In this document: piece by piece, positions 8,654 to 17,272 of the stretch
Position numbering within the stretch: the first letter of the stretch is position 1
Layout of the letters: each line of letters starts with the position of its first letter
Source: an uncultured Gammaproteobacteria bacterium
GTDB lineage: Bacteria > Patescibacteriota > Patescibacteriia > Magasanikbacterales > UBA922
Assembly (NCBI GenBank): GCA_964345045.1
Contig: CAYFPM010000002.1
Span: 219,481 to 283,480, forward strand
DNA: 64,000 nucleotides
Direction of reading: 5' to 3'
Made by a program: the position numbers and the translations under genes
Notes under the pieces: model-generated
The model's database searches: none
Seen by the model: the letters and a program-made list of their open reading frames with translations, nothing else
What the model was told of the DNA's origin: nothing

Positions 8654-8893
8654 GGCTGTCCTTCTATGTTAGTTGTTCCACGATACCCTCGTGTAGGGGT
8701 TCAGAAAAAAAGTCCTAAACAGAAGATAATACTATAAAAAATCAGTATTGTCAAGTAGTAGGTAGTTAGAATCATTATTGTTCACGCTTAGTTAAAAAGA
8801 GCCAAACATGGTACAATCTACAACGTAAAGAGAATCTAAATTAAAATTTAGCTTGTCCACGTTGTAAACTGTGTTTGGCTTTTTTAAATTGCT

Positions 8894-10873
8894 ATGAAAA
8901 AAATAAATTTAGTGAACAAACTTAACAAGGATCAAATAAAACTATTAGAAACATTCACCCAAGCTTGTCGTCATTCCATATTGCAAATGGTGACAAATGC
9001 TCAAAGCGGTCATCCAGGGGGTTCTTTGGGGATGGTAGATTATTTGGCTCTCCTATATACACAAATAATCGGTCAAACCGGAGAAAAAGTAATTGTTTCA
9101 AACGGTCATGTATCCCCAGCCGTTTATTCAGTTTTGGCTGAGATGGGGTATATAAACAAAGCCGACGTAGTAAAAAATTTTCGTAAAGCTGGGAGCAAAT
9201 ACGAGGGGCACGTAACTAGACACGTGTCGGGTGTGTGGTATGGCACCGGTCCTCTTGGAGCCGGAGTTTCGGCAGCAGCAGGATTTGCTTTGGCCGAGAA
9301 ACTTACCCCCTCAGGCTCTGCGAGCCAGCTCTCCCTAGAAGGGGGAGCAAAAACTGTGCGTGAACCAAACAAAGTGTTTGCGACGGTGGGGGACGGAGAA
9401 TCAGAAGAAGGTCAGGTCTATGAAATGATGAATTTTGCTGCCAAGTATAAGCTAGACAATTTGATTGTCTTTATGGATTACAATTATGTGCAATTAACCG
9501 ATAGCTTGGAAGAGATAATGCCTATAGATCCCAAAGAAATTTGGTTGGCAGCCGGCTGGCAAGTGATAGAAGTAGATGGACATGATTTTCAAGATATGTG
9601 GCGAGGGATTAACAAGGCTTACAAAGTAAAAAACAAACCTGTGCTTTTGCTTGGAAAAACTGTAATGGGACAAGGAGTAGACTTTATGCAAAAAACCGGT
9701 GAAGCCAAAAAGGCTACTTGGCATGGCAAAGCTCCAAAACCAGAAGAGGCGAGAGAAGAATTAGCCAGGTTACAAATAACCAAAGAACAAAAACAATTTT
9801 TAGATAATTTTAGAAAAACAGTAAGTTACAAACCAAAGAAACCAAATTTTCCAAAAAGTTTGGCAAAAGTAAAAATTAAGTCTGGCACCCCCAAGCTCTA
9901 CAAAGTAGACACTCTTACAGATTGTCGCAGTGCTTATGGAGCTGCTCTTCTCGACTTGGCCAAAAAGAACAAAAAAGTAATTGCCCTAACCGCCGATGTG
10001 GCTGGTTCGGTAAAAACCGATGGGGTAAAAAAAGAATTACCAAATCAACATATAGAGTGCGGTATTGCTGAGCAACACATGGTTTCTACTTCTGGAGGCA
10101 CAAGTTTGTCTGGGCTAGTTCCTTTTTGTTCTACCTTTGGTGCTTTTATGACCAGTCGTGCCAAAGATCAAGTTAGGGTAAACGATATTAACGAAACCAA
10201 TGTAAAAATGGTAGCCACTCACTCTGGACTCTCTGTAGGCGAAGACGGTCCGACTCACCAAGCTATAGACGATATGGGTTCTATGTTGGGACTTTATAAT
10301 ACTATGGTGGTGGAACCGGCCGATCCCAATCACACCGATCGGATTATCCGTTATATTGCCAGTCATTATGGTAATTTTTATGTACGCATGGGTAGACACA
10401 AAGTGCCTGTGCTTACCAAAGAAAACGGTGAGCCTTTTTACGACAAAAATTATAAATATGAGTATGGTAAATGTGATCTACTGAGAAAGGGATCTAGTTT
10501 AACTATTGTAGCTGGTGGTTCAATGGTCTCGGAAGCGATAAAAGCTAGAGAACTTTTAAAATCAGTTAGACTTCATACCAAAGTGGAGATTGTAGTGGCT
10601 AGTTCTATAAAAAAGTTTGATCAAACTCTGGTAGATTCTATAAAAAAGACCAAGCGAGTAATAACTGTAGAAGATCATACAATTTACTCTGGTTTGGGTA
10701 ACCAAGTTGGTCACGTTATATTAGATAAAAAATTACCAATCAAAAATTTTATAAAAATGGGAACCAAAGATTATCAACTCTCTGGAACTTCTTTACAACT
10801 ATACGAAGCAGCTGGAATTTCGGCGAGGCATATAAAAGACAAATGTGTTAAAATATTAGGTAGTAGAGAATAA
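8894..10873 (+). CDS. tkt: transketolase
   Basis: 659 aa. N-terminal TPP motif GHPGGSLGMVDY, a pyrimidine-binding middle domain (ECGIAEQHMVSTSGG) and a transketolase C-terminal domain. Confidence 0.9.
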   Translation: MKKINLVNKLNKDQIKLLETFTQACRHSILQMVTNAQSGHPGGSLGMVDYLALLYTQIIGQTGEKVIVSNGHVSPAVYSVLAEMGYINKADVVKNFRKAGSKYEGHVTRHVSGVWYGTGPLGAGVSAAAGFALAEKLTPSGSASQLSLEGGAKTVREPNKVFATVGDGESEEGQVYEMMNFAAKYKLDNLIVFMDYNYVQLTDSLEEIMPIDPKEIWLAAGWQVIEVDGHDFQDMWRGINKAYKVKNKPVLLLGKTVMGQGVDFMQKTGEAKKATWHGKAPKPEEAREELARLQITKEQKQFLDNFRKTVSYKPKKPNFPKSLAKVKIKSGTPKLYKVDTLTDCRSAYGAALLDLAKKNKKVIALTADVAGSVKTDGVKKELPNQHIECGIAEQHMVSTSGGTSLSGLVPFCSTFGAFMTSRAKDQVRVNDINETNVKMVATHSGLSVGEDGPTHQAIDDMGSMLGLYNTMVVEPADPNHTDRIIRYIASHYGNFYVRMGRHKVPVLTKENGEPFYDKNYKYEYGKCDLLRKGSSLTIVAGGSMVSEAIKARELLKSVRLHTKVEIVVASSIKKFDQTLVDSIKKTKRVITVEDHTIYSGLGNQVGHVILDKKLPIKNFIKMGTKDYQLSGTSLQLYEAAGISARHIKDKCVKILGSRE

Positions 10874-10988
10874 GATTTAGATTAGGACTAAGATTTTGAA
10901 AAAGTAAAAGATATAGAAGAAAAATAAAAGGAATAGTATTTGTTTTTTTATTTTAGAAATTAAGAATTGAAAATTTAGAATTATAAAT

Positions 10989-11201
10989 ATGGATTTATTT
11001 GTTTTGGCACAAACCTGTGGCACAGTTGGTAAAGTCATTATTGCCTATACGGCTATAAGTGTGCACCAACGGGTAAGAAAAGAACACAAGATAGATGATA
11101 AAGTTTTTAAATACATGAGAAAAGAAAGAAAAGTGGCTTTTTTGGGGATCTTTCTTCTACTTGCAGAATACACTCTACACATGATGGATCGTTTTTTATA
11201 A
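10989..11201 (+). CDS. small hypothetical membrane protein
   Basis: 70-aa ORF with hydrophobic N- and C-terminal segments between tkt and gnd. No motifs. Confidence 0.3.
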   Translation: MDLFVLAQTCGTVGKVIIAYTAISVHQRVRKEHKIDDKVFKYMRKERKVAFLGIFLLLAEYTLHMMDRFL

Positions 11202-11208
11202 ATTTTTT

Positions 11209-12624
11209 ATGAAGGAGAACGGGGCGGATATTGGATTGATTGGCTTGGCCACAATGGGCAAAGCTTTGTCTAGAAACATGGCCAACAAAAATTTTTCTGT
11301 ATCTGTATACAATCGCACCACCCAAACCATGCAAGATTTTATTGCTGATTTTGGTACTGAAAATTTAAAAGGTTACAAGGATTTAAAATCATTTGTAAAA
11401 TCAATCAAACGTCCTAGAAAAATAATGATAATGGTAAAAAATGGGAAACCCGTGGATTTGGTTATAGAAAGTTTGCTACCACATTTGCAAAAAAACGATA
11501 TCATAATAGATGGGGGTAATTCTTTTTACAAAGATACTCAGAGAAGATTTTTTGAATTAAAAGAAAAGGGAATTCATTTTGTAGGTTGTGGTGTGTCTGG
11601 TGGAGAAGAAGGTGCTTTGAAGGGGCCCTCTCTTATGCCGGGGGGTAGCAAAAAAGCTTGGGCTAGCACCAAGAAAATTTTCGAAAGCATTGCGGCCGAA
11701 GATTTTTTGGGTTTTCCTTGCGTTACTTATATTGGAGAAAATGGAGCCGGACACTATGTAAAAATGGTACATAATGGAATCGAGTACGCTGTTATGCAGT
11801 TAATGGCAGAAACTTACGAAATTTATCGCAAGGTTTATGGTTTGTCTGCATTTCGGATTGGGGAGATTTTTTCCAGGATGAATCGTGGTAAGTTGGGTTC
11901 TTTTTTGTTTGAAATAGCTACACCAGTTTTACAAAAAAAGGACGAAGGCAAAGGTAAAAGTTTTCTTATATACAAAATATTGGATTCGGCAGGTAGCAAG
12001 GGAACCGGTAAGTGGACAGCAGTAGATGCTTTGGATCGGGGAGTGGCAACTCCTACAATTAGCCAAGCTGTTTTTTCTAGGTATATTTCTACAGAAAAGG
12101 AAACAAGGAAAAAATTAGAAAAAATTTATAAGCATAAGCACAAAAAGCATATGTCTTTGACCAAGTTTAATAAAGTGGTTGAGAATGCTTTGTATGTAGC
12201 AATCCTTTCTTCTTATGCCGAAGGGTATAGTCTGATTCAAAAAGCAGCTGTCGAAGAAAAATGGAATATAGATTTGGCAGAAGTGTCTAGAATTTGGGAA
12301 GGTGGTTGCATTATTCGCGCCAAATTATTAAATGTAATGCACCGAGCTTATGCCAATACCAAAGACAAAAGTAGACATGTTTTTGCTGTACCAGAAGTAG
12401 AAAAAATAATGAAGAAACACATTCCTGATTTACGAAAATTAGTATCGTCAACAGTATTAACCGGAATAAAAATTCCAGGCTTTTCTTCTTCTCTTTATTA
12501 TTTTGAGGCTATGACAGAAGAAAGATTGCCTGCCAATTTTGTGCAAGGGCTTAGAGATTATTTTGGGGCTCATACTTACGAGAGGGTAGATAAAAAAGGT
12601 AGTTTTCATACAGATTGGAAATAA
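11209..12624 (+). CDS. gnd: 6-phosphogluconate dehydrogenase (decarboxylating)
   Basis: 471 aa. N-terminal Rossmann motif IGLIGLATMGKALSRNMA, plus NGIEYAVMQLMAETY and C-terminal RDYFGAHTYERVD. Confidence 0.9.
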   Translation: MKENGADIGLIGLATMGKALSRNMANKNFSVSVYNRTTQTMQDFIADFGTENLKGYKDLKSFVKSIKRPRKIMIMVKNGKPVDLVIESLLPHLQKNDIIIDGGNSFYKDTQRRFFELKEKGIHFVGCGVSGGEEGALKGPSLMPGGSKKAWASTKKIFESIAAEDFLGFPCVTYIGENGAGHYVKMVHNGIEYAVMQLMAETYEIYRKVYGLSAFRIGEIFSRMNRGKLGSFLFEIATPVLQKKDEGKGKSFLIYKILDSAGSKGTGKWTAVDALDRGVATPTISQAVFSRYISTEKETRKKLEKIYKHKHKKHMSLTKFNKVVENALYVAILSSYAEGYSLIQKAAVEEKWNIDLAEVSRIWEGGCIIRAKLLNVMHRAYANTKDKSRHVFAVPEVEKIMKKHIPDLRKLVSSTVLTGIKIPGFSSSLYYFEAMTEERLPANFVQGLRDYFGAHTYERVDKKGSFHTDWK

Positions 12625-12682
12625 GAAATAAAGAAATTGAGAAATAGAGGGGGGATGGCATATATAAAAATAGATTTCTTTT

Positions 12683-14101
12683 ATGTCAATTAGTAAAGTC
12701 TGCAAACCATTTGTTCTAACAATTTTTGGAGCATCTGGGGATTTGGCCAAAATAAAAATTTTTCCGAGTCTATATACTATGGCTCTACAAAAAAGGTTTC
12801 CTAAGAAATACCTGATTGTTGGGTTTGCCAGATCCAAAATGAGTTTGGAAGAATTTCGCAAAGAGTTTCGGGTGAGTGTAAAAAAATATACCAAGGGCAA
12901 AATAGATGAAAAAGTTTTAAGAGATTTGGTAAAACACGTTTATTATTTTTCCGGACAATACGACAAGCTGGAAAATTTTGTAGAGTACCAAAAATTTTTA
13001 AAGAAAAAAGGTAGAGCTGGTATGCCCCACATAGCATACCTTTCGGTTCCGCCGGTAGTTTTTCAACCCATTGTAAAAAATATTGCCGAATCTAGAAAAA
13101 GAAAAACAGAAGACATAAGAGTAGTAATAGAAAAACCATTTGGCTATGATCGGGAGTCAGCCGAAAGTATGTTTCATTTTGTTTCTAGATATTTCAAAGA
13201 GGAACAATTTTATTTGCTGGATCACTATCTTGGTAAGTCGCAAGTACAAAGTATATTAAACATGCGTCACTCCAACCGGATTTTGTCGCATATTCTTACT
13301 GGTAGTGAAATTGCCAATATTCAAATTACGGCTTTTGAAAAAATAGGCGTAGAACATAGAGTTGGATATTTTGAAGAGGTTGGTATTGTTCGCGATATGG
13401 TGCAGTCACATTTGTTGCAAGTTTTGGCGCTAGTGACTATGAACATCCCTACCAAAAAAACAGCCTCTAGTTTGCACAGAGAAAAATATGCCATCCTTTC
13501 GGCAATTAATTGTCCTACCCAACCAAAAAATGTAGTGCTTGGTCAGTACGAAGGTTATAAAAAACAAGTCGGCGTAAAGAAAAATTCTCGTACCAGTACT
13601 TTTGTTGCGGTTAGGCTTTTTTTGGACAAACAAGATTGGTCAAATGTTCCAATTTATATTCGTACGGGAAAAAAATTACATGAGAAACACACTTATGTGG
13701 TAGTTGAATTAAAAAAATTTGATTTTCAGTCGGCAAAAGAAGAACCAAATAGAATTATAATTGAATTTGCGCCAGAAGCTAGAATAAACATTACACTTGT
13801 TAACCTACAAGAAGGTGTAAAACAATACCAAAATATTACTACCGCCGATTCAATAGCTTGTAATATAGAAGGTTGTTTACCGGCTCATGCAGATCTTATA
13901 ATGGACGTAATAAATAAAGAAAGAGTCCATTTTCTTAGTTTTCAAGAGGTAATAGCTTGTTGGAAAGTGGTAGATCAAATTACTGGAGCTGCTAGAAAAA
14001 AAAGAATAAAATTAGAGAGTTACAGACCCTGTGGCAAAGGCCCAATTTCTCAGAACAATCTACCTGCCAAAGATGGGTTTAAGTGGTACGATATTCATTG
14101 A
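12683..14101 (+). CDS. zwf: glucose-6-phosphate 1-dehydrogenase
   Basis: 472 aa. IFGASGDLAKIK (NADP binding), EKPFGYD, DHYLGK and RDMVQSHLLQ signature motifs. Confidence 0.9.
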   Translation: MSISKVCKPFVLTIFGASGDLAKIKIFPSLYTMALQKRFPKKYLIVGFARSKMSLEEFRKEFRVSVKKYTKGKIDEKVLRDLVKHVYYFSGQYDKLENFVEYQKFLKKKGRAGMPHIAYLSVPPVVFQPIVKNIAESRKRKTEDIRVVIEKPFGYDRESAESMFHFVSRYFKEEQFYLLDHYLGKSQVQSILNMRHSNRILSHILTGSEIANIQITAFEKIGVEHRVGYFEEVGIVRDMVQSHLLQVLALVTMNIPTKKTASSLHREKYAILSAINCPTQPKNVVLGQYEGYKKQVGVKKNSRTSTFVAVRLFLDKQDWSNVPIYIRTGKKLHEKHTYVVVELKKFDFQSAKEEPNRIIIEFAPEARINITLVNLQEGVKQYQNITTADSIACNIEGCLPAHADLIMDVINKERVHFLSFQEVIACWKVVDQITGAARKKRIKLESYRPCGKGPISQNNLPAKDGFKWYDIH

Positions 14102-14177
14102 TGTACGAATTACGAATTATTCGAATTTACGAATGGTTGATTTATTTGTCTATTCGGACTATTCGTAATTCACACAT
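14102..14177. repeat. MITE-like inverted-repeat element, copy 1 (fills the zwf-pgl intergenic space)
   Basis: Left arm tgtacgaattacgaatta and right arm tattcgtaattcacaca (degenerate reverse complement); 76 bp. Confidence 0.7.
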
Positions 14178-14837
14178 ATGCTAGAGACTTTTACAAATGA
14201 AAAAGATTGGATCGAGGCCTCGGTTCAGTTTTTTGGACAAGTTATAAATAATAATAACGAAGCTAGAATAGCTATTTCTGGTGGCAAAACCCCGGAACCT
14301 GTTTACGAAGCTTTGGCCGAAGCAGAGTTGGATTTTTCGGGTACAAAATTTTATCAAGTAGACGAGCGTTATGTTCTGGAAAATGATTTGGATTCAAACA
14401 AAGGTATGATTATGGACAGTCTAAAAAAGGCGGTAGCTGCTGGCGCCGAGTTTCATCATTTCGATACGACTTTGCCAATCCCAGAGGCTCTGGAAAATTA
14501 TCAAAAAACTTTGGAAGAAGCAGTACCTTTTGATTTGTGTGTACTAGGGATTGGCACAGATGGGCATATAGCTTCTCTCTTTCGTCGAGGCTCGGCTATT
14601 TTTGAAAACAAAAAGTTAGTAGCCAATACTCATACCTATGAATTTGCTGTTTATGATCGACTAACTATAACTTTTCCAGCCATTATGCCAAGTCAAAAAT
14701 TACTTTTATTGGTAGCTGGCAAAAATAAAAAAGAAGTTATAGAAGAATTGTTACACAAAGATTTTTCTATAGAGGATTTCCCAGCCAAAAAATTATTAGA
14801 GCATCCTGATTTGACTATTTATTTTGGTGACTATTAA
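14178..14837 (+). CDS. pgl: 6-phosphogluconolactonase
   Basis: 219 aa. ISGGKTPEPVYEALA and LGIGTDGHIASLF motifs of the NagB/Pgl fold. Confidence 0.85.
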   Translation: MLETFTNEKDWIEASVQFFGQVINNNNEARIAISGGKTPEPVYEALAEAELDFSGTKFYQVDERYVLENDLDSNKGMIMDSLKKAVAAGAEFHHFDTTLPIPEALENYQKTLEEAVPFDLCVLGIGTDGHIASLFRRGSAIFENKKLVANTHTYEFAVYDRLTITFPAIMPSQKLLLLVAGKNKKEVIEELLHKDFSIEDFPAKKLLEHPDLTIYFGDY

Positions 14838-14842
14838 TGTTA

Positions 14843-14917
14843 TGTACGAATTACGAATTATCCGAATTTACGAATGATTATTTTATTCGCATATTCGTAC
14901 TATTCGTAATTCGTACA
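14843..14917. repeat. MITE-like inverted-repeat element, copy 2
   Basis: Perfect terminal inverted repeats tgtacgaattacgaatta and tattcgtaattcgtaca bracketing an internal ttcgaatttacgaat unit; 75 bp. Confidence 0.75.
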
Positions 14918-14927
14918 TCTTTTTTTT

Positions 14928-15554
14928 ATGAAAAAAGTTCACAACAAATTAATTATTCTTGATTTTGATCATACTATAATTAATACTAGTCTTCTTACAG
15001 AAGCTATTGCCGAGGAATTGCAAAAAGGTTTTGGTATTGGCAAAAATGAGTACAAAAAAGCAAGAGAAAAAGTAAAAAAATGTTGTGTTGTAGAAGATAT
15101 AGACAAAGTAATTGCAGAATTACCAAATGAAAATAAAAAAGCTTTGCACGATACTTTTCATAGGGTAATAAAAGAGCAAGTAAAAGAATTTGTTTTTTCT
15201 GATGTTCAGAATTTTTTGAAAAAGCACAGAGATGAGTTTGATATTGTGGTAGTTACTCACGGCAACAAAGAATTACAGAGCGAAAAGATAAAGCATAGTG
15301 GTTTGCCAGAGTATGTAGAAAACAGAATAGATATCAAAGATAAAAGTTGGGTAGTATCTTCTTTAGAAAATGGGTATGAAGAAATTTATTTTATAGATGA
15401 CAAAGCGCAGAATATAGAGGACGTAAAGAATAAACATCCGGAAGTAATTACCTATTTTTTGAAAAGACCGGAAGATTGTAAATATTGTAGTGTAAATTCA
15501 GATTCAAACTTTATAGATAAAGTAGTAGAAAATTTAGATTTTGAAATAAAGTGA
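14928..15554 (+). CDS. HAD-superfamily hydrolase (probable sugar-phosphate phosphatase)
   Basis: 208 aa with HAD motif I LDFDHTI (DxDxT) at the N-terminus and HAD-like downstream motifs. Confidence 0.65.
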   Translation: MKKVHNKLIILDFDHTIINTSLLTEAIAEELQKGFGIGKNEYKKAREKVKKCCVVEDIDKVIAELPNENKKALHDTFHRVIKEQVKEFVFSDVQNFLKKHRDEFDIVVVTHGNKELQSEKIKHSGLPEYVENRIDIKDKSWVVSSLENGYEEIYFIDDKAQNIEDVKNKHPEVITYFLKRPEDCKYCSVNSDSNFIDKVVENLDFEIK

Positions 15555-15594
15555 TTTTTTTTATTTGATTTTTGAATTTTATATTTTTTGGGGT

Positions 15595-15631
15595 GGCAGG
15601 CTCGCGACAATCGTCACGGCCTGCCTTTTTT
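15595..15631 (+). terminator. rho-independent terminator
   Basis: Hairpin ggcaggc...gcctgcc followed by TTTTTT. Confidence 0.6.
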
Positions 15632-15644
15632 ATACCACTACCTA

Positions 15645-16094
15645 TCATCGTAGTGCCATCCTTTCTGCGAGCTGTTTTGCTCGCCCCTCTAACACACAGT
15701 CGACAGCTTCGGACAAGCTTTCGACTGTGCTGTAGAGCGCCATCTCTAGATCTAGACGCTCTTGTCGTGGAATCGGTCCACGTACCGCCGAGAGAACCAC
15801 CGTTTTTAGGTCGAAGCTGAGTAGCTCGTAGACTGTTCCCGTGCCAGGTAAAATGAACTCACGACAACCTTGGTTATATAGACGCATCAATAAGCCTTGA
15901 TTGGCTGCTTGGCGAATTAGTTCGTGGTGTCGCAGTGGGAGTTGGTATGTTGTACCTAGGATATGTGGCCTTTGCCACAATCGTTCGGCCGGATCGATTA
16001 CTCCCATCCAGAGGCGTAGTTCAATTGAGAGATATTTTGTACCTCCGCACCTCCTCTTCGAACTGGCGAATTTTTTCTGTAATGGTTTTGTCAA
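15645..16094 (-). CDS. hypothetical protein (GC-rich islet C); start uncertain
   Basis: 149-aa ORF, about 58% GC, on the minus strand. Its upstream region holds a consensus promoter (TTGAAA-16-TATACT on minus, about 16150-16180). The TTG start lacks a well-spaced RBS. Confidence 0.45.
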   Translation of the reverse strand: MTKPLQKKFASSKRRCGGTKYLSIELRLWMGVIDPAERLWQRPHILGTTYQLPLRHHELIRQAANQGLLMRLYNQGCREFILPGTGTVYELLSFDLKTVVLSAVRGPIPRQERLDLEMALYSTVESLSEAVDCVLEGRAKQLAERMALR

Positions 16095-16233
16095 AGTGGA
16101 TTGTCACTTCTACCTTCCTTTCTCTCTGTGAAATTGGCACAGAGAAAAACAGTATAGCAAATTTTAATAATTTTTCAAGCTTAGATTCATAAAAAAACAA
16201 AAACCCTCGTTTTGTTTCGAGGATTTTTGTGTT

Positions 16234-16307
16234 GTCGGAGTGAAAGGACTCGAACCTTCGACCCCTGCGTCCCAAACGCAGTGCTCTAGCCAACTGAGCT
16301 ACACTCC
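16234..16307 (-). tRNA. tRNA-Pro (anticodon UGG)
   Basis: Cloverleaf CGGAGTGTAGCTCAGTTGG...CTGCG-TTTGGGA-CGCAG...GGTTCGAGTCC...CACTCCGA. Confidence 0.85.
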
Positions 16308-16394
16308 GTTGTTACAATTAACCTCTGACCTTTGACATCTGATGCTTCAATTACGAAGTTAAATGTCAATTGTCAATTGTTAATTGTTTCAAAT

Positions 16395-16467
16395 GTGCCG
16401 AGGGAGAGAATTGAACTCTCGACACGAGGATTTTCAGTCCACTGCTCTACCACTGAGCTACCTCGGC
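16395..16467 (-). tRNA. tRNA-Phe (anticodon GAA)
   Basis: GCCGAGGTAGCTCAGTGGTAGAGC..CTGAAAA..GAGAGTTCAATTCTCTCCCTCGGCA; one U-U mismatch in the anticodon stem. Confidence 0.8.
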
Positions 16468-16559
16468 ATATTTTAATAACCCTTAACTCCTGACAATTAA
16501 CCTTTAACTATTTTTAGATAGAGTAAGGTGTTAATTGTCAGATGTTAAAAGTTTATTTG

Positions 16560-16632
16560 TGGACCAGACAGGACTCGAACCTGCCACCCCCGCCGTGCAA
16601 AGGCGGTGCTCTACCAGATGAGCTACTGGCCC
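16560..16632 (-). tRNA. tRNA-Ala (anticodon UGC)
   Basis: GGGCCAG acceptor with the G3:U70 alanine identity pair; anticodon loop TTTGCAC; T-arm GGTTCGAGTCC. Confidence 0.85.
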
Positions 16633-16719
16633 GTATAAAACGGCCTTTGGCCATCGTGTGACCAGACCTTAGGGGATATATCTAGAGTCCCTTTGAAGGA
16701 GGACAATAAACGTGACAGC

Positions 16720-16748
16720 AGTATATCAATCAACTTAACAAATGTCAA
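16720..16748 (-). promoter_or_regulatory. sigma70-type promoter for the tRNA-Ala/Phe/Pro unit
   Basis: On the minus strand: TTGACA (16743-16748), 17-nt spacer, TATACT (16720-16725). Confidence 0.55.
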
Positions 16749-16760
16749 TATAATTTGGTC

Positions 16761-16794
16761 AAAATTACAACACGCCCCATGGTTGGGGCGTGTT
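16761..16794 (-). terminator. hairpin terminator separating the tRNA-fMet/Gly unit from the downstream tRNA unit
   Basis: 11-bp perfect stem aacacgcccca / tggggcgtgtt with a 4-nt loop, followed on the minus strand by GTAATTTTG. Confidence 0.45.
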
Positions 16795-16905
16795 GACTTG
16801 CCATACAGTGAATAAGTCGGGCAACTTAAATTCAATGTATAAGTTACATTATAACACAAGATATATATCTGTGTTATAGGAACAGTGGATAACCTCTGCT
16901 CCTAG

Positions 16906-16979
16906 AGCGGTAGACCAGATTCGAACTGGCGACCTCTTCCTTGGCAAGGAAGCGTTCTAGCCAACTGAACTACTACCGC
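16906..16979 (-). tRNA. tRNA-Gly (anticodon GCC)
   Basis: GCGGTAGTAGTTCAGTTGGCTAGAAC..CTTCC-TTGCCAA-GGAAG..GGTTCGAATC..CTACCGCT; discriminator U. Confidence 0.85.
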
Positions 16980-17002
16980 CTAAGTGGGCAAAAATGCCCT
17001 AG

Positions 17003-17076
17003 TTGCGGGGGCGGGATTTGAACCCGCGACCTTCGGGTTATGGGCCCGACGAGCTGCCAGACTGCTCTACCCCGCG
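17003..17076 (-). tRNA. initiator tRNA-fMet (anticodon CAU)
   Basis: C1:A72 mismatch at the top of the acceptor stem and three consecutive G-C pairs in the anticodon stem (TCGGG-CCCATAA-CCCGA), both initiator hallmarks. Confidence 0.85.
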
Positions 17077-17272
17077 ATATTGGATATTTATTGCAGTTTC
17101 GACAGTATAATCTATATCAAAAAAAAAATCAAGTGCTTCTGACAAATTTGTTAAAAATTATACACAAAGGCTTTTATTTGAAAATACAAAAATAAGCTAA
17201 ATTATGCTATAATTTATGTATTCTAATAAAACTTCTTTTTTTATATAAGGTTTTCCCCTTATCAAGGAGAAT

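Noticed and set aside
7977-8737. Arg-rich long ORFs in alternative frames of GC-rich islet B (7977-8516 minus, 8005-8319 plus, 8297-8737 plus)
   Set aside because: High GC inflates ORF length in all frames. Only the 8306-8653 minus frame has an RBS and a protein-like composition.
12457-12900. 147-aa minus-strand ORF
   Set aside because: It overlaps the 3' end of gnd and the 5' end of zwf on the opposite strand. It is AT-rich low-complexity read-through.
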